Assembly (NCBI GenBank): GCA_047495785.1
Contig: JBLDXI010000013.1
Span: 2,170,001 to 2,234,000 of the forward strand
Direction of reading: 5' to 3'
Source of the DNA: Lepidodermella squamata
Taxonomy: Eukaryota > Animalia > Gastrotricha
DNA: 64,000 nt
Within the stretch, counting starts at the first letter, position 1, and each line of letters starts with the position of its first letter. The notes beneath the pieces are model-generated. The model did not search any database. It worked only from the letters and a program-made list of their open reading frames with translations, and was not told where the DNA came from. The translations under genes were made by a program, and so were the position numbers. Shown one piece after another: positions 10,823 to 21,610 of this stretch.

Positions 10823-11797
10823 ATGCTGACAAGCATTCTTGTTACAGTTCTACTTGGGGCCATTTCAATCGACGCAAGATCGTCATTCTTAGGACTTATT
10901 CCTAACGGAAACAACGTACCGCACCCATGCAATCCTAACGCTAAGTGGGGCCCAGTCGGCCACTGGGGCCCGAGCAAGTACGGCAGCCGGTTTCTGAATC
11001 CGTTCGGGAAAGACTTTTCCAGAAACCGTAACTGGAAAGACTTATGCAAACTAGACAGCGACGGTGATGGCTGGGCTAACGGCGAGGAACTCGGCGACCC
11101 GGATTGCCGGTTCGAAAATACGAATAACTGGGTTGCTTACTCCACCGGGGAGATTACGCACCCGGGTGTCTGCGAGCCGATAAACCACCCTGGTTGTAAG
11201 CAGATAAACCAAGAATTTCTCGGCCCCAGCAATTCTGAATGTGTTCCGAGGATCAACGCTGCTTTTTCGACGAATACGACGTACACCCGTCGTAGAGGAT
11301 CTTGGCGATCTGCAGCAAGTGGTAGCTCACCGGCCGGGTCTGCTCGGTCTGGATTCAATACCAATGGAAATGGGACAGGTCCCCAGTGGAAACTAAGGGA
11401 GAGCTGCACTTGTTACTGCCTGGATAAACCACCAAGAAATGAATCTGCTGGAAATTGGTGGAATAGGCGCCCGTCCGTTGATGATAGCGACGAAGACAGT
11501 GGCGCTGAAGTGGATGACGAGGGCGAAGATGTTGTGCGTAACTTGCCTAGTGGAGGTAGGAATGGCAACCAACGAGGAAATCGTGGTCGATATGACAGAA
11601 GTGCCGGTCGAGGCGACGATCGCCGCGGCGGCCGTGACCAGCAGCGAGGACCCCGTAGGGGAGGACCTCCTCCCCCACGAGATGGTGAAAGAATGCCAGA
11701 GCCACCACTTAACGCCACTACCGCATTCACTGATGGCACCAACGATGCTCCGATCCGCGACTGCATCTGCGCCTGTGCCAAGCAGAACACTCCATAA
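10823..11797 (+). CDS. Secreted temptin-domain protein, class I, intronless (apparent chimera)
   Basis: Signal peptide, temptin motifs and WKLRESCTCYC...CICACAKQNTP. The 3' half is near-identical to the 9395 gene; the 5' end is closest to the 14839 gene. Confidence 0.9.
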   Translation: MLTSILVTVLLGAISIDARSSFLGLIPNGNNVPHPCNPNAKWGPVGHWGPSKYGSRFLNPFGKDFSRNRNWKDLCKLDSDGDGWANGEELGDPDCRFENTNNWVAYSTGEITHPGVCEPINHPGCKQINQEFLGPSNSECVPRINAAFSTNTTYTRRRGSWRSAASGSSPAGSARSGFNTNGNGTGPQWKLRESCTCYCLDKPPRNESAGNWWNRRPSVDDSDEDSGAEVDDEGEDVVRNLPSGGRNGNQRGNRGRYDRSAGRGDDRRGGRDQQRGPRRGGPPPPRDGERMPEPPLNATTAFTDGTNDAPIRDCICACAKQNTP

Positions 11798-12533
11798 ACT
11801 CAGATATTACAAAGAAATTGAAATAAACCAACTTGCTCGATTCAGAGATTGAAGTAAAATTTTTCGCTCCAACAGCTTAGCTTATGGTTGCTAACGACTT
11901 GGGCTGCGATCTATTCCAACAATTATCTATTTTTTAATGTAGTTGCCAGCTTTCGTGGCGTTTGTGACATCGCATCACTAATTGCAGGTATTTTCCACAC
12001 CATATAGACAATATTGATACAGATCGGACACGACACTCACGCACTTAGCATTGGAACACCAATTAAGAACTGTGTACCGTGGATCGGCCACTATAAATCC
12101 GGCCGAAAAGATGCAAATCACATAAATACCAAAAATCAGGAATTATTTGGAGATCATAATGAACCAAACCCCGTTGCGCGATTCGATTTCGTTGCCGAGA
12201 AAATCGAGAACGAAAAATCGATCATTTGCATACTCCCGATTCTTCTCACAGCCAAATACGATGGCAAGGCACTCATTGTTGAGTTGCGCTCGGTCGGAGT
12301 TAGCAGGCGCCGTAATGATACGAGGTTTACCGCCTTGGTCCAGCAGCAACAGCGTAGTCGCTAGCGTCGGTCGGCAGGGAAAAGTTCAGGAAGCCGAGAG
12401 CGGTTGGCGACGCCAGTGCGGTCAAGCGCTGGAAGGCATCTCGCACTCCGGCTTTCACGTAAACTTTTCGGCCCCCACGAGGCGGCAAAGCGGCTCAGCG
12501 ATACGGGCGAAGTCTGGTAAGCGGTGCCAACAA

Positions 12534-12835
12534 CATTGTGTTTGAGGTTGTAAGTTGAAAAAAATCCGCACGCTGATTGGTCAGTTGGCTCGTATCCATG
12601 ACTCCGCCTTGCTACTTGATCGTGCGATCTATATAATTTGTGGCTTTTATTATTTTTATGAAGGCCGTATCGTAGCACGCGTTTCCAACAAATGCGTAAA
12701 ACCATTCATAAAAAGATATTTTTTGCAAACATTTTATGGATCGCACGATCAAGTAGCAAGGCGGAGTCATGGATACGAGCCAACTGACCAATCAGCGTGC
12801 GGATTTTTTTCAACTTATACAACCTCAAACACAAT
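12534..12835. mobile_element. MITE with ~95-bp near-perfect TIRs
   Basis: cattgtgtttgaggttg...gatcgtgcgatc (12534-~12630) is the reverse complement of gatcgcacgatc...cctcaaacacaat (~12738-12835). Confidence 0.85.
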
Positions 12836-13160
12836 CATTGTGTTTGAGCTAAATAGTTGAACTTCTGGGCGCGCGCTGATTGGACAATCGATAGTTGCTA
12901 TGACTCCCGGATGAAACATGTTGGTCGTGCGATCCATGAAAGTGTTTTTTGCCGCAGTAAATTACTACGATTATTATGGGGTTTACGCTCATTGTCAATG
13001 GAAACCGTGCAGAGGGTGTGGCAAGGTCATTTTAGCATAAATAGAAAATAATTTATTAGTGGATCACACGACTAAATTGTTTCATCCCGGAGTCTTAGCA
13101 ACAATAAATTGACCAATCAGCGCACGGGTCAAAGATTAACTTACTACTTGAAACACAATG
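12836..13160. mobile_element. Second, related MITE with more diverged TIRs, directly abutting the first
   Basis: Starts cattgtgtttgag and ends ttgaaacacaatg. Internal gctgattgg...gactcccggatgaaaca is mirrored by tgtttcatcccggagtc...ccaatcagcgc. Confidence 0.8.
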
Positions 13161-14707
13161 ACCTCGGTCTTCATCTGTAAGTGGGCGCCAGTTGGCTTGG
13201 CACCCATGGGTAGTACGGCGTAGGCAACGCGGCCACGCCTACGAGTTGTACACAGCGAGGCGACGAGACGAAGCGTCGTCGAGGCGAAACTGGTGATGCG
13301 CTTGCACCAGGTCGATCGTGAACGCGGCGGAGGCTCGAATTTCAGGATGTAATTGATTTGCCGCAGGTCAGCGACCATGCAAGTTGGCGGCGGCGAGTTG
13401 GACGGCGGTTCGCTACTGCCTTCGCGGCCATCGCATCGAAAACGATGGCATCCTCGGCGATTTCAGGCTTGTCGTGCGATTGCATCGTGGACGGATCGTC
13501 GGTCGCGAGACGTTGGTCTATGATGTGGAGAACAGCATTGGAGCGTGCAAGATTGCACGGAGGTGAGGCACAACAACTGCTGAAAGAAGCTGTGCCGAAG
13601 AACCCAGTTGGACGATCAGGTGTGCGACGCCAATGGGCTGGACCACATTGCCGACGGCGTTGATGCCGCGAACGGCGAACCGGCTAAATCGAGCGTAAGA
13701 AAGTGGGCGCGGCCGTTCGCTAGGACCCGGCAGACATGATCGGGCACGGAACCGTAGGGGGCGATGGTCGACCAGGCCGGCCCGTCCGATCGCTCGAGTG
13801 ATAGAGGTACTTCAACTAGAGTGTCCTGGTAAGAGAGGGAAATGCACATACGACGTAGGCTGGTGGAATCCACCGACGCGTATATAAAGTCATATAAAGT
13901 GGCCTAAAATGGGGTCACGGGCTAAGAGAGGTGAACATCAAACTATAATGGAGAACCGGTGTACAGGCGGGCAGGATAGGAAGACGCGATGAGAACTTGA
14001 AACTCGGGCATTGAGGCACTTTCAAAAGACTTTCCAGAGCTAGGCGCGCACGATCTTCGGCCTTGGTAAGACCCGCGCGCGGGCCTAGTTTCCCTGCTGG
14101 CCGATGACGGGCTCACATTTAGCTTGAAGGCCAAGGCCTGGATCGCTTCAGCATCAGTGAGCGCAAGCGAAGTCCATCAGCTCTTATTTTTTATCCGCCT
14201 AGCGCGGCCTGGTAACACCGTCACATTGCCATTGAACGAAAATGCACGAGGGTTCAACGATTAGTGACGCTGAATGTCGAAACAATGCTCATGCTGCATG
14301 AGTTTCTTATATTTTCTCACTTTTTATCCGCGGCAGTATGCTAGAATATCTGTGGCTAGTATGGTGGCTACTGTCGTGACGCGCGCCAATATCTCCGTCG
14401 TCGTGGCGCTCAGAATGAAAAATCTTTCGCCGATTTGATGTCGCAGTAGATCCACTGGATAATTAATCCACTCTACACGTTCAGCGCTAATCTTTTTATT
14501 AGAGCAATTTTTCTCAATTATTCAAAACCTCATTTTTTGCGCGCAACAAAGCCTAACCGGCGATGGCCTCAGCCGTTGAGCTGCCAAAGACACACCGTCA
14601 TACGTTTTGCGCCGTTAAAACTGGCGCTTTTCTACTCGTGCTCTACTCGCGCTTCAACGGACAGTCATTGAGGTGCTCCTATCAGCCGTCAACAACAAAG
14701 TGATCAG

Positions 14708-14810
14708 AAACGTGTTCGCGAGGCGCAACCATCGTGTTATTGGCATGAATTAACGACTCAGGCTATAAAACCGCCGGAGAATTATCTTCGCTATAGGTCA
14801 TTTCAGTTTT
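14708..14810 (+). promoter_or_regulatory. Core promoter of 14839 gene (AAACGTGTTC, TGGCATGAATTAA, TATAAAA 14764)
   Basis: Conserved with the paralog promoters; 14350-14580 also resembles 9045-9270. Confidence 0.7.
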
Positions 14811-14838
14811 CATCTTCAAGCGCTGTTATTTTTTTACC

Positions 14839-15654
14839 ATGCTGACAAGCGTTCTTTTTACAGTTTTCATTGGCGCCATTTCAATCGACGCAAGACCATC
14901 GTACTTAGGACTTATTCCTAACGGAAACAACGTACCGCACCCGTGCAATCGTACCGCTAAGTGGACCCCAGTTGGCCACTGGGGCCCGAGCAAGTACGGC
15001 AGCCGGTTTCTGAATCCGTTCGGGAAGGACTTTTCCAAAACCCTCAACTGGAAAGATTTGTGCAAACTGGACAGCGACGGTGATGGATGGGCTAATGGCG
15101 AAGAGCTCGGCGATCCTGATTGCAGGTTCTATAACTCGAGTAACTGGGTTCCATACTCCACCGGCGCAATTACGCACCCGGGTGTCTGCGAGCCGATCAA
15201 CCACCCTGGTTGTAAGGAGCTCAACCAAGAATTTCTCGTCCCGAGCAATCCTGAATGTGCGCAGCGGGTAAACATCGCCTTTTCGACAAATTCGACGTAC
15301 CAACGTCCAAGGGGATCTTGGCGAAATGAAACAGTGAACCCGTGGCATCTAAGGGAGAGCTGCACATGCTACTGCCTGGAAAAGAAAGTTAATAGAAACG
15401 ACAGCATGCCAACTGACGGCGGTACCATGACTGGAGTTAACGCCCCTAGTACCTTGTCGAGTGGAAACGGAAATGGCCATGGTGGCGGCAACCAGCAAGG
15501 AAATCGCGTTGAATCACCTCCACCAGCAATAGACTGCCGCGCAAAAGTGCCATCGCCCCCACTCAACGATAATGCTGCATTCAATGACAACACCAAGGAT
15601 AGTGCGCTCAGCGACTGCGTCTGTGCCTGTGCCAAGCTCAGCTATTACCCATAA
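14839..15654 (+). CDS. Secreted temptin-domain protein, class I, intronless
   Basis: Signal peptide, temptin motifs and WHLRESCTCYC...CVCAC. Confidence 0.9.
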   Translation: MLTSVLFTVFIGAISIDARPSYLGLIPNGNNVPHPCNRTAKWTPVGHWGPSKYGSRFLNPFGKDFSKTLNWKDLCKLDSDGDGWANGEELGDPDCRFYNSSNWVPYSTGAITHPGVCEPINHPGCKELNQEFLVPSNPECAQRVNIAFSTNSTYQRPRGSWRNETVNPWHLRESCTCYCLEKKVNRNDSMPTDGGTMTGVNAPSTLSSGNGNGHGGGNQQGNRVESPPPAIDCRAKVPSPPLNDNAAFNDNTKDSALSDCVCACAKLSYYP

Positions 15655-15912
15655 ACTCGCGCACTTTTTTAATTGAAAAAACAGAGAAATTGAAATAAAA
15701 ACCCTCGATTCAGCCCACGCGACTTTGAGAAGAATGAAAATAAACTCGTTCCCACAGTCTATCTTATGCAGCAGGGTCTAAAAAACGGCGGTTTATATTG
15801 AAACAACACGACGTGAAATAACTTATTCAAGCAGAAAAACACCTGCTGATAGGTACACAGGTTAAAGGAAAAACCCGTGTTCACTCATTGTTTCCACTTT
15901 TTTCTGAAAGAA

Positions 15913-18110
15913 ATGTTACACACAACCCTATTGCTATTTGTTTGCCTGGAAACCGTAATATCGCATCCTTGGTTCACATCCTTACTTCCTAACGGCGATA
16001 AAGTGCCGCATCCTTGCAATAGAAATGAAACATGGTTAGGTGTAGGCCATCGTAGTTCAATTGGGGCGGGACCTTTCAACGTTTTCGGCCGAGATTTCGA
16101 TAAAAACGGCAAGAAATGGTCGAAGGCCTTGTGTGAATTAGACAGCGACGGCGATGGTCGTACTAACGGCCAAGAACTCGGCGATCCTAACTGCGTATGG
16201 ACTGATGGGGCGAAACCTAGCGTAACAGACCACTCGAAAATCAGTCACCCTGGTGTTTGCGAACCCTTAGACACCCCGGCTTGTCGGGAGAAGAACGCAT
16301 TCTTGATGGCTGACGAGCAATGCAACAAAGATATTAACAAAACCGATTGGTGCCCGGCTATCAATCGAAAGGGAGTGAAGCAACTCATCCTCCGCTTCAA
16401 TGAGACCAACGTACCTGCCAATGACACTTCCTACATGTGCCAGGAATACTCCTTACCTTCGGACGATGATTACGAAATTATTGCGGTAATTCCGTTTTTA
16501 TCATATAACGTAGTAAGGAGTAAATTTGGAAAAATTTAGAAAATCAGCTTTAGCTATAAAAAATCCTAAAATTTGAAGAAAATGTAGGCCATGCAGTTCC
16601 TGATTTTTTAGCAAGTTTTAAGAATTTTCTCATTTTTATCTGATTTTTTGCAATTTAAAATGTGATTGGACAATTAGTGGGTAATTTTGGACACTCATTT
16701 GCATATGAATATTGATCTAATTTTGACGCGATTTTTACGCTCGAGCTTATTAATTCCATATAATTATTTATTATCTATTTTCAGTGATATATTTAATGCT
16801 ATTTTTATATTCAGTGGGAACCTTTCATCACGAATGTGGAAATTATGCATCACTTGGTGGCCTATGTCTGCGATAAGCCTGATGAGATCCGACGTCTCCA
16901 AGCAATGAAAAATTTCTATAAAAACCCAGTTGTATGCGGAATGGTACCAGTCTGCACCAGCTACTCCCTGATTTGGGCTTTTGGAGTCCCTTCACGTTGC
17001 TACAGCGACGATGTCGCAGTTCCATTCGGCAAAAATTTCTACAACAAAACGATTCTGCAAATTCACTATAACAACCCTCTCCAACGGGACTACTATGTCG
17101 ACTCTTCTGGAATAGTTATATATTACCAGAAGAAACAACGACCTCAGAAAATTGGCACCTTCCTTGTTGGGAATAGCGATATCATCCTGCCGCCGAGAAC
17201 ACCTGTTTCCGTAGTAACAGCAACTGGCTTCAAAGACAACTGCAGCGCTGCTAGGCTGGGTAATAAGAAGTACAATTTAACTTCGATGCTGTTCCACATG
17301 CATAAAACCGGAAGTTATGGCAAGTTGATTTTAACGAAAAAATCCGGCAAGGTGATCACAATCCTCGACCGGTCTATCGACTACGACATGCCGGCGATGT
17401 TGGAGTTCAATGGGAAAAATTACCTGGAACTCGAGGGCGGCGATTCGTTGTCGGTTGAATGCCGTTACAACACCATGGACAGGTCGAAATGGACAACATT
17501 TGGCGAGAGTACCCAAGATGAGATGTGTATTGCGATTTTTGAGATAACGCCATTCATCAATAACCAACTGGCTGATAGTGCCCTCGATATCGGCCCGATC
17601 GATGCTTGCAGCCAGCGGAGCAATGTTATTGGAAATTGCTCGCGTTCTGAATTCAGGAATCTTTTGAACTACACCAAGGTTAACAATATGGGCAGTTTCG
17701 AAAAAGACTGCGGATGCTCTGGCATTTACCCTGTGCCCTCTTGCTCGAGTAAATGCTATGATTTCCTGAATAGGACTGGTTTTCTGAATATGAAACAGTG
17801 CTTGGAAGGTTCGGTTTTCTTTTTGACGGGGGCCGTAATGGATTGGACGCAGACGTTGGCGGTTAGAGCGCATGTTGAGCGATGCATCGCGCTGAAGGAA
17901 CCGCCGAAGAATGGGACCATGTGCACTGCGACAAGTCCTGCCTTGTTGGTTGAAATCCGCGGTAATGCACCTGCAGCTGCAGCAACGACTCAGAAGCCAG
18001 CAGCTCCAGTCGTTCAGGTTACGATGGCTGTAAAAGCTAATACGCAGTCTGGTAGTGTCATTACGGCTTCTGTGGTTCTCACAATTTTGGCAATTTTCCT
18101 TGCTTTTTAA
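15913..18110 (+). CDS. Temptin domain fused to copper type II ascorbate-dependent monooxygenase (DBH/TBH/MOXD1-like); exons 15913-16485, 16815-18110
   Basis: In-frame splice IIA|WEPF. CuH ligands MHHL and QIHY, CuM ligands FHMH and DEMC. Cys-rich C-terminal region and hydrophobic GPI-like tail; no DOMON domain. Confidence 0.9.
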
Positions 18111-18357
18111 GACACTCGAATTCGAAATGTTTGAAAAAATTTCGAAGTGACATTTTCGACCATTTAATTTTCCAGTGATTTTCCCAGTTTTTCGAAATAA
18201 AAACGGATATTATTGCGATATTCCTAAATCGGTTCTGGTGTATGATCTTCTTTTTGCGACCTGATATCGATGCAGGCACCGGTCAAGATTTCACCTGCGT
18301 CAATTTTCTTTAAAGAAATCAGATTAAATAAAAGCTGATTGAATGCGCAAAAACCTC

Positions 18358-19335
18358 AAATTTATTTATTTTATTTATTTAAGAGCTTAAGTCCGTAGCC
18401 GAACGCTCACAACAATGTTAATCGGGCAATCCACTCATAGCCGGCAGAAAAATCAGAGTCATATTCAGTCCGTTTCAAATTCCATTTGTTCATTTTGGTA
18501 GTGATAATACAAAACAACAACAACAATTGGCTCCACATTAACGTTAAAATTAGAGAGAATGAGATGTAAGGTAAGCTCATATAAAAAGTTTCTATTAAAA
18601 TTTACAATTTTTGGGACGCGTTTGAAAACTGGAATGGCGCATCGCCGAGAAGGTAAAGATATACATTTTGTCGACACTCATGCGCTGATTTCGATTCTTG
18701 TACGTGGCGAGGCAAAGCATTCCAAGCTACAGCTCCTTTGAAAGCGAGAGTTGATTGAGCACGTTTGCAAGTGAAAAATGGCACTTCCAAAGCTTGGTCG
18801 AAATAGCTGCGTAGGTTGCGTGGTTGTTCTTTCGATTTGAACATATCGCGCAAAGTTGTAGGCGCTTCTTGGTTCAAGCATTTCCAAACCATTGTGATGA
18901 TGTGCACTTTTCGCTTGCCCGCCATGTCAAGCCAACCCAGTTGATTTTGCATTTCGCTAGGGTCAGCCGTTCGGTCTTTTCGTAGGATGATGCGCATGAC
19001 TCTGTTTTGGACGGATTGAATAGCTTTTAGATTGCTGTCAGACGCCTGGTCCAAAACTGTGTCACAGTAGTTCAAGTGACTCAATACTACTGCGTTAGCC
19101 ATCGTGACCAAAGATTTCCTGTTCAAGTGTTTTGAAGCCATTTTAAGAGCGTAGGTACCTCGGTTCGCCTTAGCGCGAACTTCGCTGATGTGCGTTTTCA
19201 GGAGTAACGCATTGTCCAACGTTAACCCGAGAATTTTCATGGTCTTCGAATCTGCAAGTTTCACACCTTCGACTGTCACTTCGATGTTCGGTTTCTTTCT
19301 CTTGGTTGAGAGGACCAGTAGTTGAGACTTCTGGT
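18358..19335 (-). mobile_element. 5'-truncated L2/CR1-group LINE (C-terminal ORF2, 3' UTR and (TAAA)n tail)
   Basis: ORF 18602-19279 has KILGLTLD..L, VLSHLNYCD, IQSVQNRVMRIIL, QLGWL and G..AWNALP. (TTTA)n at ~18360-18380 forms the minus-strand tail. Confidence 0.85.
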
Positions 19336-19505
19336 CCTCTCAACCTGGCAAAATGAGTTGGAATGAAAAGTTAAATGAGGTAGAAAATATGGTTCCTAGT
19401 GACAAGGATTCCTGCTGACCAATCGTAGAATAGCTGGAACATATTATTTGACCTTCCACTGCAATAGTGGTCTAATCACCAAACAATTTTTAAGATATTT
19501 TTTAA

Positions 19506-20059
19506 CCCTTTCACGGCGGGAAGGACGATTTCGAAATTTCGTCTTTGCTAATTCACAGTTCCATCAATTTAACGAATTTTTCCATCATACTTGGCAAAAT
19601 AATACTTTCGGATGTTGCCTACAAGGATCCGAAAGTCAAATTTAGTTATCTCTTCCCCTCTTAGAATACGATCAATTGTAAAATTTCGAACCGATGCGTG
19701 TTTTTCTTATTTTTTTCAATCGAGTAAAACGATGTCTCGTGTATTTTTCCTGGTCTATCCGACTTCACAGGCGTGTCCGGCAGGGTATAATTGACTACCC
19801 ATTACGTTTTTTCGAAATTCCATGGAAAACTGACGGCACAATAGCCTGGCTGACGATTTCTATGAATTCATCCGGATGAATCTATATTTGAAAAAATAGC
19901 GGGATTGCAAATTTCAGTGAAATCAGTAACTGATGGGAAATATGCGCATCAGACCTTAGAGCATGTGGTTGCCGATTTTCCGATTTCTTCCTTAATTTGC
20001 TGGAAATTTAAAAAATTCTATTTTTTTGCTTGGCTAAAAAATATTCCGCCGTGAAAGGG
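19506..20059. mobile_element. piggyBac-like MITE
   Basis: TTAA+CCCTTTCACGGCGG at left and CCGCCGTGAAAGGG+GTAA at right: 14-bp TIR with a TTAA-like TSD. Confidence 0.75.
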
Positions 20060-20151
20060 GTAAGATGCTAGCTCAGATATTAGTTTATGGCGCTTTTAGT
20101 AGTACACTCGAATTTTTGTTCGCGATGATTGGAAGCAAAGCAAAAGTGATT

Positions 20152-20382
20152 ATATGAGACACGCCGTAGGGACCTTTTTTTTGCCACACAAAAGGGGCGA
20201 CTACGCACTAGTAAAAATGTATGTACAGCAGGGTGTTCAAGAAATAATAAGCGGTTATAAATAGCGTTGCTATTTTTTGGCACGCGATTTAGCTTTTTCG
20301 AGCTAAAAGCTGGATATCATTTAGCAACCAAATATTCTTTCTGGCTTGGATAAGGTCCCTTTTCATACGGCGTGTCTCATAT
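20152..20382. mobile_element. Small MITE
   Basis: atatgagacacgccgta..gggacctt is mirrored by aaggtccc..tacggcgtgtctcatat. Confidence 0.7.
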
Positions 20383-21610
20383 CAAGCTGAAAGTTGAGAG
20401 ATCCTCGATGATGCGAAGATCTAGGTTAACAGTCTTGACGCTTCAGATACCCAACAAATTTTCGAAGCTTAAATTTAACCTGCGTCCCGCCCCAAGTCTG
20501 AAATTTCAGTCCACCTTAATCAAGGACCGAATCTCATCGCGATTTTGAGTTATTATTTAATTTTTTAATGTTAATTCTCGGCCTCTGCGAATTAACTTGA
20601 TATTATCAGCAGTGCTGTGTGTATTGAAACGTGTCACAAACGCGGATAAGGTCGCGTGAGCCTGCTTGAACGCGCAGACAAACACAGGTGCCGCGTGTTT
20701 TTGCGAGCGCATCACACTGTGCGTTGCGCGCGCGTGCGTTTTATTGCCCGTCATCATAGCAATTATTATTATCACGACCAGCAGCGGCGCCGTATAGGGC
20801 GGGGCATGCGTTATTTTCCACTTGTGCCGCGCGCAGAGGCGCTAAAAGAGTTTCCGCGGCCGAAAATAAACGCCGACGTGACATGTGTCCCCGCGCGTAG
20901 TTGACGGGTAAATAATTGTCAGGGTTATTATTAATGTTATAAATCCATAGTAATAGCTCAACCCCGTGTTAGCCTGTGTTTGATCAGAAGCCAAATAAAC
21001 GCCACTCCTTCAAAAACAGTATCGTCTTGTGTAGTATCTAGCTCTGAACTGAACGTGTCACATCTCGTTACAAGGGCAAGAGTCTTAGCCGCCACTTGTT
21101 GTTGTTGTTGTTCTTACAATTATTACCCGTAGACATACTACTAGCCGGCGCCGAGACGTATCGTGTATAGTCGAAACCTATAAAAACTGAATAATACATG
21201 GTTAGCCGCGCGCGGCTAAATCAAGCCGCGGGTCTTGTTCTTCTCATTTAGCGCGCGTGTCAATCATTATTGACGCGCTATTGTATCCATTTATTCGCCT
21301 CATGACCGACAATGCCCTTCCGTATTACTGCATCAGCTCACCTTAAACGCTTTAAATCGATAAAAATTATCTAAGATATTTAAACTCATCACCGGGGTCG
21401 AAAACTATATATATAGCCAGTCCTAATGTTATAAAAGTTTATCTTTCTTTCTATGATGCGAAAAAAATGTCCCTCGAGTGCAATCGCTCGAAATTATCAT
21501 TTTTATACGCATATTAGCATATAACAATTCCTTACATTTGCCGCCGGAAATTTTAGTTTTCTTGGATTTTTATGCTGCTATTATTATTGTTATAGCCTAG
21601 TTTCGAAAAA

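Larger units (their letters stand above)
12230..13420 (-). mobile_element. Degenerate Ty3/gypsy pol fragment (RT, connection, RNase H) interrupted by two MITEs; may extend to ~14200
   Basis: Minus-strand peptides MVADLRQIN and AYAVLPMGAKPTGAHLQ (RT), LPDFARIAEPL..FT*KPEC (connection), TDASDYAVAA and ECLAIVFGCEK (RNase H), with stops and frameshifts. Confidence 0.75.

Noticed and set aside
12361-12860. Two opposite-strand ORFs sharing the peptide SHDQVARRSHGYEPTDQSACGFFSTY
   Set aside because: Artefact of the MITE's inverted repeats.
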